IMG/VR virus record: IMGVR_UViG_3300025127_000009
Location: 1 to 64,000 of that record
Strand: one strand, 5' to 3'
Source of the DNA: a virus
Length of the DNA stretch: 64,000 nt
A program made the position numbers and the translations under genes. The notes beneath the pieces are model-generated. The model ran no database searches. It was not told the origin of the DNA and saw nothing but the letters and a program-made list of their open reading frames with translations. Positions 18,401 through 27,500 of this stretch are shown here, one piece after another (the first letter of the stretch is position 1; each line of letters begins with the position of its first letter).

Positions 18401-18540
18401 TGCGCAATATCTCCACAGTGAATTATGTAATCTACGCCCTCTTTTTTAAGAGAAGCGTATAGTTGTTTAAAAACCTCTTTGTATTCAAAATGATATTTTA
18501 AGTTACGAATGTGAGTGTCTGCTATATGTGCAAACTTCAT
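15406..18540 (-). CDS. Fused Mre11/SbcD nuclease and Rad50/SbcC ATPase (T4 gp47-gp46-like)
   Basis: N-terminal ADTH, GDIAH, GNHD and GDIH phosphoesterase motifs; Walker A GKNFSGKSS; long coiled coil; signature GSGAEK; Walker B/D-loop ILDEPGTALD; H-loop ISH. Confidence 0.93.
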   Translation of the reverse strand: MKFAHIADTHIRNLKYHFEYKEVFKQLYASLKKEGVDYIIHCGDIAHTKTQISPEFVQMAAEFFTNLATIAPTYIILGNHDGNLKNSSRQDALTPIVDALDLQHLHLLKDAGETKIDDKFCLNVLSVFDEDNWVQPSDSKAINIALYHGAIDRSKTDLNWTLGGDHDIAIFDNFDYAFLGDIHKTQILDKHGKIRYAGSTVQQNFGESLDKGYLLWDIESKDKFTCKHIAFNNPKPFVTIVLNKDGGLPEVEVSEGARIRLVAENNISLDKMRKSVDVAKHKFKPDTITYLNRAAGAGTGDDITIVKKEDLRSISVQRNLIKDYLEDYEVSEDVMNKIFELNSRYNKLIEEKEDVYRNINWSLKSLEWSGLFNYGEKNKIDFEKLEGIVGIFGKNFSGKSSIIDSLLYAVYNSTSKSVRKNLNMINQNFDVGSAKAVMKVGDKTLEVERISEKYIKKLKGQETLEAKTDVEFSSSDMIGNVEVLNGTSRQDTDKNIRKYFGNLEDFLMTSMASQLDSLTFINEGSTKRKEILAKFLDLEVFDKKFKMAKEESTDIRGALRRLEGVDYAELEREAISTLEECNEKLIQNQRRCKELESELQSFNESLNEVQNKIDSAPTEVIDPIKIKMEIETRNANIDKLETANKSLEEELEQDKEKFVKINDFLGQFDVETYEEKIKLIEDKRDSISKCIQDLKSHSEKRVRLYRKTDLLSEVPCGDKFPNCKFIKDAHESIELIQVVEREQQETSNNINKLGEELRELEPGKVEVYLDKYNQVVDKKNNLSSGITNAQLSIDKNEAQLFKEKTLLSNLEAKLLEYEENKEAIENLEDLIAERKNIKSKIRASKKECDSCNEESNNLFREIGSAEQNIENINKNKEDLEILRVEFAAYDLLMRCYHPNGISYNIIKNRLPLINEEIAKILTGVVDFEIFIKNEDKKLDIFIKHAKYEPRPLEMGSGAEKTIASMAIRLALLTVSSLPKPDIFILDEPGTALDEDNMEGFVRIIDMVKSYFRTVMLISHLDTLKDAVDTQIVIDRKKGFAHVNI

Positions 18541-18559
18541 TTAGCCTCCAGTATGTTGA

Positions 18560-18748
18560 TTAGATGTTATTGTTTTCTTTTAGGTAGGAAAAAAGTTTTT
18601 CCAAGAAGTTGATTTGTTGATTTTGATCAAGATCTTGAAACTCTTTAATTGTGCCTTCTGCAAGTTGAAACCCAACAGTAGAAGAATCTAGCGCTCTCGA
18701 AACTTCTTCATTGATTATCTTTTTTAATTCTTTCTTTTCGATTTCCAT
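18560..18748 (-). CDS. Small hypothetical protein (about 62 aa)
   Basis: GGAGG SD at 18757-18761 supports ATG 18748; N-terminal KKELKKIINEEV. Confidence 0.65.
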   Translation of the reverse strand: MEIEKKELKKIINEEVSRALDSSTVGFQLAEGTIKEFQDLDQNQQINFLEKLFSYLKENNNI

Positions 18749-18752
18749 TAGT

Positions 18753-19709
18753 TTAACCTCCAAAGTTAATCTTTTGTAGTAAATAGTCCTCTGAAGTAAT
18801 AACAGAAGCGCGTTTCTTGTATTCTTCTAAGAAGTGACTTGGCACCTCTCCTAAATCATTATGATCATCTATATTAATTTTACAGACTTCTACGCCAAAG
18901 TCAAGAAGTTTTTTAATAATTTTTAATTCTTTTTGCGCAGCGTCCTTATCTAAGCATATGTAAATTTTTTTACATCGATTAACTATCTTATTAAATAACA
19001 TCGAATTTGTTCCCAAAGTGGAGCCCATAATTGGTATGCTGTTCTCATACTTTATCGAATCAAAAAAACCCTCAACTAACACGATTGGCTCGGACCAGTC
19101 AATAAAAATTTCATTAAATACAATATCTTTAGAGCATTTTGGGTTTTTGTATTTTAAATAATTATCGCCAAATGCTCTGGCTACAAAATAGTTTAAGTCT
19201 CCAAACTCATCAAAAGAAGGGATTATAATTCTATTCTTATAATCTCCATGAAAACAAAACCCCATTTTATAAAAAACAATTTGCTCTTCAGTAATGCCTC
19301 TCTCAAGCAAATACCTCATAGCCTTTTGGCCAACTGAAGATAATTTCTTATTGGTAAGAGAATTGAAATATTCCGGCAGTTCTAGAGACACTTGATTAAA
19401 TGCCTCTTCTTGTTCTCCGAATAAATCATCAAATCTACTTATGTCTATTGAGTTTGTTATAGACAACCATCTGGCTTTTAATGTTGGGTCTTTTATAAGT
19501 TTAACTATATTGTTGCCTTTATAGTCGCAAATCCAACACTTAAAAGCATTTTTATTCAAATTGACTGAAAGTTTTCTTTTGTAGTGTTTACACTTAGGGC
19601 AACTGAATAAATGTTCGTCATTAGTTTCGTAACAATTGCCTAAACTCTTTTTTAATATATCTAGTTTTTCTGATTGCAAAGTATGTAACCTGCTTTCGCT
19701 ATTATCCAA
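18753..19709 (-). CDS. DnaG-type DNA primase (Zn finger plus TOPRIM)
   Basis: CPKC...CWIC zinc finger, RIIIPSFD, YFVAR, KYKNP, LVEGFFD and CLDKDA; exact start uncertain (possible TTG at 19679). Confidence 0.9.
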   Translation of the reverse strand: MDNSESRLHTLQSEKLDILKKSLGNCYETNDEHLFSCPKCKHYKRKLSVNLNKNAFKCWICDYKGNNIVKLIKDPTLKARWLSITNSIDISRFDDLFGEQEEAFNQVSLELPEYFNSLTNKKLSSVGQKAMRYLLERGITEEQIVFYKMGFCFHGDYKNRIIIPSFDEFGDLNYFVARAFGDNYLKYKNPKCSKDIVFNEIFIDWSEPIVLVEGFFDSIKYENSIPIMGSTLGTNSMLFNKIVNRCKKIYICLDKDAAQKELKIIKKLLDFGVEVCKINIDDHNDLGEVPSHFLEEYKKRASVITSEDYLLQKINFGG

Positions 19710-20197
19710 CTATCTGACTTATCCATCATGCCAGGCTTTGGGTTTCCATGCTTTGTATATTCTACTATAAAGTTTGGTTCATTTGCAAGAACAAAATTAA
19801 AACTTGTTTCTTTTGCCTTGACACCTTTTTGAGTTTTAACTCCAACTGTTTTGCGAGCAGTGGTGGCCATTATCAATTCCGGTAACAAGCCAAAAACATC
19901 TGCACATATCCAAGAAACGATACCATTGAACCTTTGTAGGGTCGCCATTGTTCTGGCGGACGATCCTCCAGAATTAAAAAAAGTAAAAGGCTCTTCTATA
20001 TAAACGTGACTCGGTGTAATTTGCATTACATTTTTAATATTTTGCAATTGCTCTTGAATTAATTTCGCCTTATCAATAACTGTTGGAAATTTGTTTTTAT
20101 TTCTTGTATCCCACAACTCATTATATATCATCTTGCCATCTTTGTCAAGAATTGTTGCGCCTGTTATGCTTGTTGAAACGTCTAGACCTAATATCAT
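19661..20197 (-). CDS. RuvC-like Holliday junction resolvase
   Basis: ILGLDVST, YIEE and DKSDSWIIA carry the RuvC acidic catalytic residues. Confidence 0.85.
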   Translation of the reverse strand: MILGLDVSTSITGATILDKDGKMIYNELWDTRNKNKFPTVIDKAKLIQEQLQNIKNVMQITPSHVYIEEPFTFFNSGGSSARTMATLQRFNGIVSWICADVFGLLPELIMATTARKTVGVKTQKGVKAKETSFNFVLANEPNFIVEYTKHGNPKPGMMDKSDSWIIAKAGYILCNQKN

Positions 20198-20910
20198 TAT
20201 TTTGAACTTTGTAATAAAAAGTGTGCGTACTTTAGAATAAGATTTTGTTTATCGCTTTCACTTTCTAAATGATACCACCCCCAGGCTACACTTTTTGTAA
20301 TTTGTACAACTTGTTGCTTAATTTCACGAATTCTTGTATCAATTTTTTCAGGGCGATAATAATCTTTTGAAAATTCTTCTGGTATGTCTATGTTTAAAAG
20401 CAAAGCGCAATCAATTAAATTACCATATCTTTCATCCTCTATAGATGCTTGCGCTTGTCGAAATAAATCTATTTTTTCTTCTTTAAGTTCATCGCCTTCT
20501 AGAACGTCCGGGTGTGAATTTCTTGCTATTTTTCTGTACAAATCCTTTAGATTTTTTGGAAGAGGTTTCTTTACTTTTTGTACTTCTCGTTCTGCATCTT
20601 CATTTATTTTATCTCTGTATTCAGGATCATCATGTTGCAACTTTGTTTTTCCTGATTTATATTGCCCTTGTTGCTTTGCGTTTTTTGCTGCCTTTGAAAG
20701 TTCATCTTTTTTTTTAGGTGCTTTTAAGCCTGCCAATATTTCTAGTTTTTCTTTCTGGTTTGGATCTTTAATATTGTTTACATGTTCTCTGAAGGATTCA
20801 GAAAAAGTTTCCATTGCCTCTTTGTTTATTTTGTTATGTATATGCAAGTTTTCTAATTGAAATTGCAACTCATTTAATTTTATTTTGAACAAACTTGTTG
20901 TTTTTTTCAT
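20197..20910 (-). CDS. J-domain (DnaJ-like) protein
   Basis: LKDLYRKIARNSHPD...FRQAQAS matches helix II-HPD-helix III; HPD at 20506-20514. Confidence 0.75.
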   Translation of the reverse strand: MKKTTSLFKIKLNELQFQLENLHIHNKINKEAMETFSESFREHVNNIKDPNQKEKLEILAGLKAPKKKDELSKAAKNAKQQGQYKSGKTKLQHDDPEYRDKINEDAEREVQKVKKPLPKNLKDLYRKIARNSHPDVLEGDELKEEKIDLFRQAQASIEDERYGNLIDCALLLNIDIPEEFSKDYYRPEKIDTRIREIKQQVVQITKSVAWGWYHLESESDKQNLILKYAHFLLQSSK

Positions 20911-22212
20911 TTAAATATCCAACTTTAATTTAAAGGTGTACTCTCTATTTTCTGTTTTCCTAACCGGGTTCGCTAATTTTGCAATTGCAATTAATCTTTT
21001 TTGTTCGTCGTATATTCCAATTTTTGAAACATATGTTTGCTTTTTGTATGAACCTGTATGATTTATATATTCGCCATGTTCTAAATTTGCATACTGTAAG
21101 TTTTTATATTCTTTGTATCTCACAGTTGTTCTTTCTGATTCTTTTGACTGATTTTTTTTATAAGACGTAGGGTTTGTAGAATTATTATAGTCACCCTTTG
21201 GCATATGTGCCATCATAGTTATGGTTGGCACATAATTGACACCTTCAAACTTTAGTTTAAACATCACCTGTGTCAATTTGCCTCTTGCTTCACCATCATT
21301 AGCCCCAGAGCCAAAATGCAACCATTTGCCTCGCGAATCACTATTACCAACATAAGCGTCTTGAGCGTCGGCTGCTGTCAAATCCCAACTGCCTGTCATT
21401 GACAAAAACCCTTCGTTGTACAAAACAACACCAGCAACTTTTCCATTATTTGTTTTTGCGTTGTAAGAACCAGATACTTGAATCAACTCTCCGTTCTTCT
21501 TAATATCTCTACATTCTGCTATCAAAGAACCAGTCTTAAACATTTGCAGTATAACAGAGCCCTTCCGAATTGAAGAGCCATAAAAAATAGAGGGAACTTC
21601 TATCAAAGACATTTCTTGCAAACCCTTATTCCAATCAACTAAAAAGCCTTGACCAGCAGGAACAGATGCGCTGCTGTATGCATAGTGATGGCTAAGATGT
21701 GCGTGCTTGTTGAATGAATTTTTCAAAGCAGTCAAAAATCTTTTATTACTAATTGCTTTAATGTAACTACCTGCAAATCTAGGACTATTAGAAATAACAG
21801 ATTGTTCTTCAGTTGTTTGTGCAAACCTAGTTCTCTTGATGCTTGCAGAGAGAGGGTATCTAGACTTTATAACATCACCATGTTTAAACTGAGAAGTGCT
21901 ATCAAAATTACTTGTGCTTATTGTCTTAAACGAAATTCTGTGGCCTTGTTTAGTTATAAATGGGTATATTGATTTGCCTGCTGGTGGAAGGTTCGTGCCG
22001 CCGGTATCTATTGGCCTGTCTACGTTTAGTTCGAACAAAGAGATAAAACCTTGAGGAACACCCAGAACATTTCCATTCTCGCCTGTACGATCATCCGAAT
22101 TTTTAAAATTATTGTAATATACTTTGGAATCGTAGATAATGAAATCGCATACAGGAAATGTTTTTACCCTGTTATAAAATAGGTCGTTTTTTCCAAATTC
22201 CTTGAATGGCAT
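20911..22212 (-). CDS. Virion structural protein, paralog of 22224-23444
   Basis: C-terminal YVSKIGIYDEQKRLIAIAKLANPVRK...FKLKLDI and internal IRKGS are shared with the neighbour. Confidence 0.65.
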   Translation of the reverse strand: MPFKEFGKNDLFYNRVKTFPVCDFIIYDSKVYYNNFKNSDDRTGENGNVLGVPQGFISLFELNVDRPIDTGGTNLPPAGKSIYPFITKQGHRISFKTISTSNFDSTSQFKHGDVIKSRYPLSASIKRTRFAQTTEEQSVISNSPRFAGSYIKAISNKRFLTALKNSFNKHAHLSHHYAYSSASVPAGQGFLVDWNKGLQEMSLIEVPSIFYGSSIRKGSVILQMFKTGSLIAECRDIKKNGELIQVSGSYNAKTNNGKVAGVVLYNEGFLSMTGSWDLTAADAQDAYVGNSDSRGKWLHFGSGANDGEARGKLTQVMFKLKFEGVNYVPTITMMAHMPKGDYNNSTNPTSYKKNQSKESERTTVRYKEYKNLQYANLEHGEYINHTGSYKKQTYVSKIGIYDEQKRLIAIAKLANPVRKTENREYTFKLKLDI

Positions 22213-22223
22213 AATTCATAATC

Positions 22224-23444
22224 TTAGTAGTCTAATCTTACTCGCAGTGTTAATTCGTTTGTCGGATCTTTTCTTAATGGTTCAGACAATTTAGCGCAAG
22301 CCATTAATTCGTTATCTGGACTATAAAGTCCAACAGAGGTTACATATGATACCGGCATGTCGGCGGGCACATCTTTTACCACAATTTCAGAATCTTGCAA
22401 ATACGTTGGATTTGCACTATAATTAAATTCATTGTGGTTTGCTCGACAAAAATACACTGTTGAATTTAGTTCCGTTGTATTATTAAAAGATATATCATAG
22501 ATTCTTCTACGAATATTGTTTGCAAGATTTTGAATCTTGGAGCCTGTTAACATCTGATCAATACTTGCACTAACAGTGCCTGCTGCGCCAGTACCAATTC
22601 CATGTTGACCACCTAAACTCATCGAAACAGCCTGGTTAAGAAGACCACCATAGTGTGAAACACTACCACTTCTTGCGCCACTAAAGATAGAGGCTGTTAA
22701 GACGCAAACGCCCGCTTGATAAAAGATTAAACCCACCTTATCTGAAACGACTAATTCGCTTCCCGCGCCGCCGTGGCGCATACCTTGCTTTTCGTTATCA
22801 GTTCCAGCAACAGCCGTGTGGGAAGCGGAAAGAATGCCATATTCACCAGCGGGCGAATTAATTCTAAAATCATTTTGTGCATTTGTGTCTCTAATCGTCA
22901 TCAAATGCTTAACGGTTCTCTGCAGTCCTCTGCCTAGATCCGGGTTAGTACCAAGTTTTAATTGAAAACTTCCTTTTTTAATTTCGTCTTTAACCAAAAG
23001 TCTCGAAAAGTTTATAAAAATAACTTCATCCATCTTTGATTTTTGGTCTCCCGCCAATTCTCCATCGCGATCAAACCTTTGGATGTTTCCATCGACGTCG
23101 TGGCCCATCAAAACTTGAGCCATTTGATTGTACATAGAAATTTTCTTTGCTTGCTGCACTAGAGCGGTAGCACCAGTTCTAGTTTTTACATTGCCAGACA
23201 GAGCACTTCCCGTAGAATAACCAGCCGATATATCAAAAATATGATTTGCTGAAGAACTTAAATAAGGATAATCAAAAACAGACTGAAACATTCCATGAGA
23301 ATAGTTTTTAATGTTTGTTTCTGTGCCGCTCTCAAACCCATACGTCCCTGAAACTATAGCCCCTGTAACTGGTATTGCTTCGTGTAACAAGGTTTTTGTG
23401 GTTGTGACGTCGTTGTTTAGAAATGTTTTAAATGTAGTAGCCAT
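22224..23444 (-). CDS. Virion structural protein, paralog of 20911-22212
   Basis: C-terminal YVTSVGLYSPDNELMACAKLSEPLRK...LRVRLDY and internal IKKGS; AAGGA SD. Confidence 0.65.
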   Translation of the reverse strand: MATTFKTFLNNDVTTTKTLLHEAIPVTGAIVSGTYGFESGTETNIKNYSHGMFQSVFDYPYLSSSANHIFDISAGYSTGSALSGNVKTRTGATALVQQAKKISMYNQMAQVLMGHDVDGNIQRFDRDGELAGDQKSKMDEVIFINFSRLLVKDEIKKGSFQLKLGTNPDLGRGLQRTVKHLMTIRDTNAQNDFRINSPAGEYGILSASHTAVAGTDNEKQGMRHGGAGSELVVSDKVGLIFYQAGVCVLTASIFSGARSGSVSHYGGLLNQAVSMSLGGQHGIGTGAAGTVSASIDQMLTGSKIQNLANNIRRRIYDISFNNTTELNSTVYFCRANHNEFNYSANPTYLQDSEIVVKDVPADMPVSYVTSVGLYSPDNELMACAKLSEPLRKDPTNELTLRVRLDY

Positions 23445-23453
23445 ATTTAATCC

Positions 23454-24485
23454 TTACTGTTTTTTCATATACCTAATAGGTATGTCTATGGAATACGCTG
23501 TGGTTGCAGAGGTTACCCTAACTAGAGTGTCTATAAAGAGGTAAGTACCTGCTTTAAATCCCGTAATTTGGTTCAGGGTTAACGTTTTAGAGCCGCCAAG
23601 TTTATCGAACAAGAATGTTGAATTTCTAAGATTTATGCTTGGAGAAATTTTAAATCTTACCATTCTGTCTCTTGGGCCTCGAATATTGTGAATTGTTACA
23701 TCTGCCGAATCGGTTGTTGCTGCGTTTAGAGCAGAATCAGGCCTGATGCTTCCGCCTCCCCCAAGCCCAATCACAATTGGATTACTTGTGTCAACGGTAT
23801 TCTCGCTTATGTAATAAGATGCAATTTGATCATCATCTATAAAAGAAACCGGTACACTTTCAGCCCCGGTGCTAACCAGACTACCTAAACGATGATCCAT
23901 TTCTATTATGAACTGTGTTTCTTGAAGTGTGGCTGGCATGCTGATATTGGGTGGTAATTTTGTAGTATCTAGACCTCTTTCAATTACTATTGAATTTGGA
24001 GAATTAGTAATTGTAGTCGCTGTACTTCCCTTAATAATACCGTTTGCGGACGGATTAGCCTGATTAACTAATTGTTGCTCTGTTGATTCATCCACAGTAA
24101 CAATGTAGCCTGCGGTATTGGGATTAATTGCCGTGTTTGCAACTGCTGTTAAATCAGGTCCTGTGTTTTTAGCGGCAGCATTACCACCATTTAAAAGTTT
24201 CATCACAGGCAAAAAGAGAAGATTTGTTCTTGTGATTGTCAACAACTTACTCTTCATTAACGATGTATTGTTTGTAAACGCCTCTAATATTGGAGTTCGC
24301 AGTATTTCTAAATCATAATATGCAGAACCACTAGGATGATTTTTGTTGAAAAGAGAATAATCAATCTCATCATCTCCAAGGGCAAACTTGGAAATTCTAA
24401 AGTCTCCTCGGGCCATACGAAATCTACCAGTATCCGTTAGCACCGCATCTAAAATTATATCACCAGAATTATCTAAAAACGCCAT
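23454..24485 (-). CDS. Virion structural protein (343 aa)
   Basis: N-terminal DAVLTDTGRFRMARGDFRISKFALGDDEIDY, shared with 33953-35206; GGAG SD. Confidence 0.65.
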   Translation of the reverse strand: MAFLDNSGDIILDAVLTDTGRFRMARGDFRISKFALGDDEIDYSLFNKNHPSGSAYYDLEILRTPILEAFTNNTSLMKSKLLTITRTNLLFLPVMKLLNGGNAAAKNTGPDLTAVANTAINPNTAGYIVTVDESTEQQLVNQANPSANGIIKGSTATTITNSPNSIVIERGLDTTKLPPNISMPATLQETQFIIEMDHRLGSLVSTGAESVPVSFIDDDQIASYYISENTVDTSNPIVIGLGGGGSIRPDSALNAATTDSADVTIHNIRGPRDRMVRFKISPSINLRNSTFLFDKLGGSKTLTLNQITGFKAGTYLFIDTLVRVTSATTAYSIDIPIRYMKKQ

Positions 24486-24513
24486 ATAACTATAACTCCA
24501 TAAACTTACATTT

Positions 24514-24524
24514 ATAATTAGATT
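24514..24524 (-). promoter_or_regulatory. Variant of the putative late-promoter motif (AATCTAATTAT)
   Basis: About 29 nt upstream of the 343-aa gene, inside a 72-nt intergenic gap. Confidence 0.4.
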
Positions 24525-24557
24525 TTAACATATTAAATTCACTTTTTTATTTCCGTT

Positions 24558-27500
24558 TCAACAAAGCGTTTGAGGGTTCTCTTCAGTATCCTCCTCACGC
24601 TTATCTCTTTTTTTGAGGTTAAACTTAATGTTAATATCAATTTCTTTTCCTGTTCTTTTACTTTTAATTCTCATTTTAAATTTTTTACCAAAGACGGAAT
24701 TATCAAATCCCCTTGGTGTGGCGAGGGCTCGTTCTAAACGCCCTTCTCTTTCTAGGTTGCTACCCTTAAAGATACCTTCATCGGGCACTCTTAATCTTTT
24801 TTGCAATAAAGCAGGTCTCAAAGAAAAGAATTGTCTTAACTTGAAAGAAGATTCCCCGAGACGTCCAACTTCTTCTCGACCGCCAGTTGGCTCTACTACT
24901 TTTATTATTGGACGAACTGCTTCATTTATCGTTGCTAATTCAACCTCATATATATGTGATGGATTAGAAACGTGACCATGTACATCTTCAGTTCTAAAAA
25001 CATAATAATATTTTTTATTAGGAAGAATATTGTCTACAAATCCAGCATTATCAGCAGTTCCTTCTATTCTTCGAATCATATTATTCCTAAAGTCTTCATA
25101 TTTAGTTGGATGAAAGTCAACTCTAAAAATCTCAAACGTCGTCGCTGGATCGTCACTCTTAAACTCTAATAACGCTCTTTTTATTTCAAGAGGATTATCT
25201 TTAAAATATTCTGCCCAGGTTAATTTTATTCCGTCAGTATAAGCAGAAGGCAGCACTTGATCATATGTTTTAAAAAGCGTGTCTTCAACGCCTTGATTTA
25301 AAAGAGAAATATAAAACTGTGCCACATCATCGGCCTGAAGAAAAACAGGCGCTGTTCTTGTTTTACCCGTGTTACTAGATAAATTAAACAATATTTTTGT
25401 TGATTCGTTTTTAAAAGGTATTATATCTACATTTGGATATATTGGGGGCCGATCTGCAACCGCAACCCTCTTTGTATGGCTTGGCAGCGTTGCAATCTTA
25501 AGGCAAGGCATATTTACGACACCAAAAGGAAAAACAGAATGTTGTTTGTTTTGAGGGCGTACACGCTCAAGAAGGTAATGGTCAAACATTTCTTCCGGAT
25601 CATAATCATAAATGGCGTTGCGTGTTTCTCCACCATTGTGCCCCAAAGGGTCTAAATAAGAATAATTATTTCCTATTATAGCCACTATTTGGTGTACCTG
25701 ATATTCGTAAACTTCACCATATTTAATTTGGGTATCTACAAATTTTTGCACATCTTTATCATTTCTGCCCATTATCCAAAAATTAGATATGTGTACAGTG
25801 CTTCCATCGCTTTTAACTTTAGATTTAGAAATCATGTATCCAAGAACTTCATTTGCAGCAGGCACGCCCTGTATCATTTGTTTCCAACTTCTAACTTTGT
25901 CATTTAAAATTCTACTTACATTCGCTTTTATTTTAAGTAATTTAAAAATAGATTCAAACTTTTTCAAAGGACTCGAATAATATACAGAAGATAATTCTCC
26001 CATAACCAAACCAAACCAATGTGAAAAATCGATCATATTTACATATTTATCATTACCAGATTCATCAACTGGGTATATCGGATAATTATCTGAATAGTCT
26101 TTCAAGGTCGATGTTGTGTTTCCTAATAGAATGTTTTTATTTACCCTATGACTACTTTGCTCATACACATGATTATACATCTCAGATATAGCCATTTGTT
26201 TTACATAACTAAAAGTTGTTCCTCCAGAGCGCCGAAAGGAACGAGCAAATGATTGTTCGCGACCGGGACCACCAGAGGCTAAAACAGAATCTTGTTGTTC
26301 TTCGACGGTACCTGCCTGGTTGTATATTGAAGAAGGATTCAATATTGAATCGCTAATGCTTTGGCCCTGATTAAAATATCCCATTTGAGACACAGGGTTA
26401 AGAGTAGTAAACAACCTCTGTATAATTGAATCATCTCCGTTAAAAGTCAAAGCATCTGCTATTTGTGATTTTCCAAGACTATCAATTTCAAACTCAACAA
26501 ACATTTGATTCAAGTTTCTTCTTTCGTATGCCTCTTCTAATTTCTCTTTAGGCAAACTTGACAAGAAAAAATCGCGAGTATAGTTTGGATAACCATCTCC
26601 TGCATCTGATACTTCAACTCTGTATGCTTCATTGTCAAACATGGAAATATATTCTGTTTTAGATGATGCACCTGGTGGTGCCATATCGAATCCGTAAACA
26701 TTGCTCATTTGATAGGCCATGTCTCTAACCTTGAGAGGGTCTTGCATATCGCCAATGACACCAACAACGCTGTTATACATTGCTGCCTGCGCTGCCGCAT
26801 CAGTTACATTTGCTCCATAACCAAGTTGTTCTCTAAGATTTTCAAGCCTGGTAGACTCTAACGAACCAATAGCGATAGATTCTGATCCACCAGTTAACCC
26901 GAGTCCTTGTCGATCTTTTATAGATCCCATCATTGCGAACCTTAGAAGAAGCAGTCGCCTATAAGCCTGATTATCAATCATTGAATTTCCTTCTTTTGTC
27001 ATATTGTCAATGAGTGTTTTATAGTCAAAAAGATACGGCGAAGGTAGTTCTACTTCTGGAATTCCATGGGCTGGGTGTGCAAAATAGTTTTCGTAAAGAC
27101 AATCATAGTAATTGTATACAGGCTTTATACTAACAGTTGCAGGGTTTCCCACATGATTGCCTGCAAAACGATTTGTTTTTGTTTCCTCTGCTAAAAGCGC
27201 ATCTGGCACATTAGTACAATAATCTTCAAAAATAAACTTTCCTACAGTAGGAGGAGGTATTTGATATGGGTGGCCAGTTCTGGAACCTGCGTCGTAAGTT
27301 TTTGTGGGGCCATCGCTATCAACAGGATAAGGCCTGCAAGAGTCTTGCATTGCAAAAGCCGCTCCCCAAAATGGAAAAACAGGGTACATATTCATGTTGA
27401 GCGCCCTACGTAAACCGTAATCTGCATATAAATTATCAATTAGATTTTCTCTATTATATACACCATTTGCGTAATTTTCTCGCACTCTATTTCTCAAACT

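Noticed and set aside
9871-19709. Inteins, introns or homing endonucleases in portal, terminase, SbcCD fusion or primase
   Set aside because: Lengths and motif spacing are normal, and no intein terminal or LAGLIDADG/HNH/GIY-YIG motifs were seen
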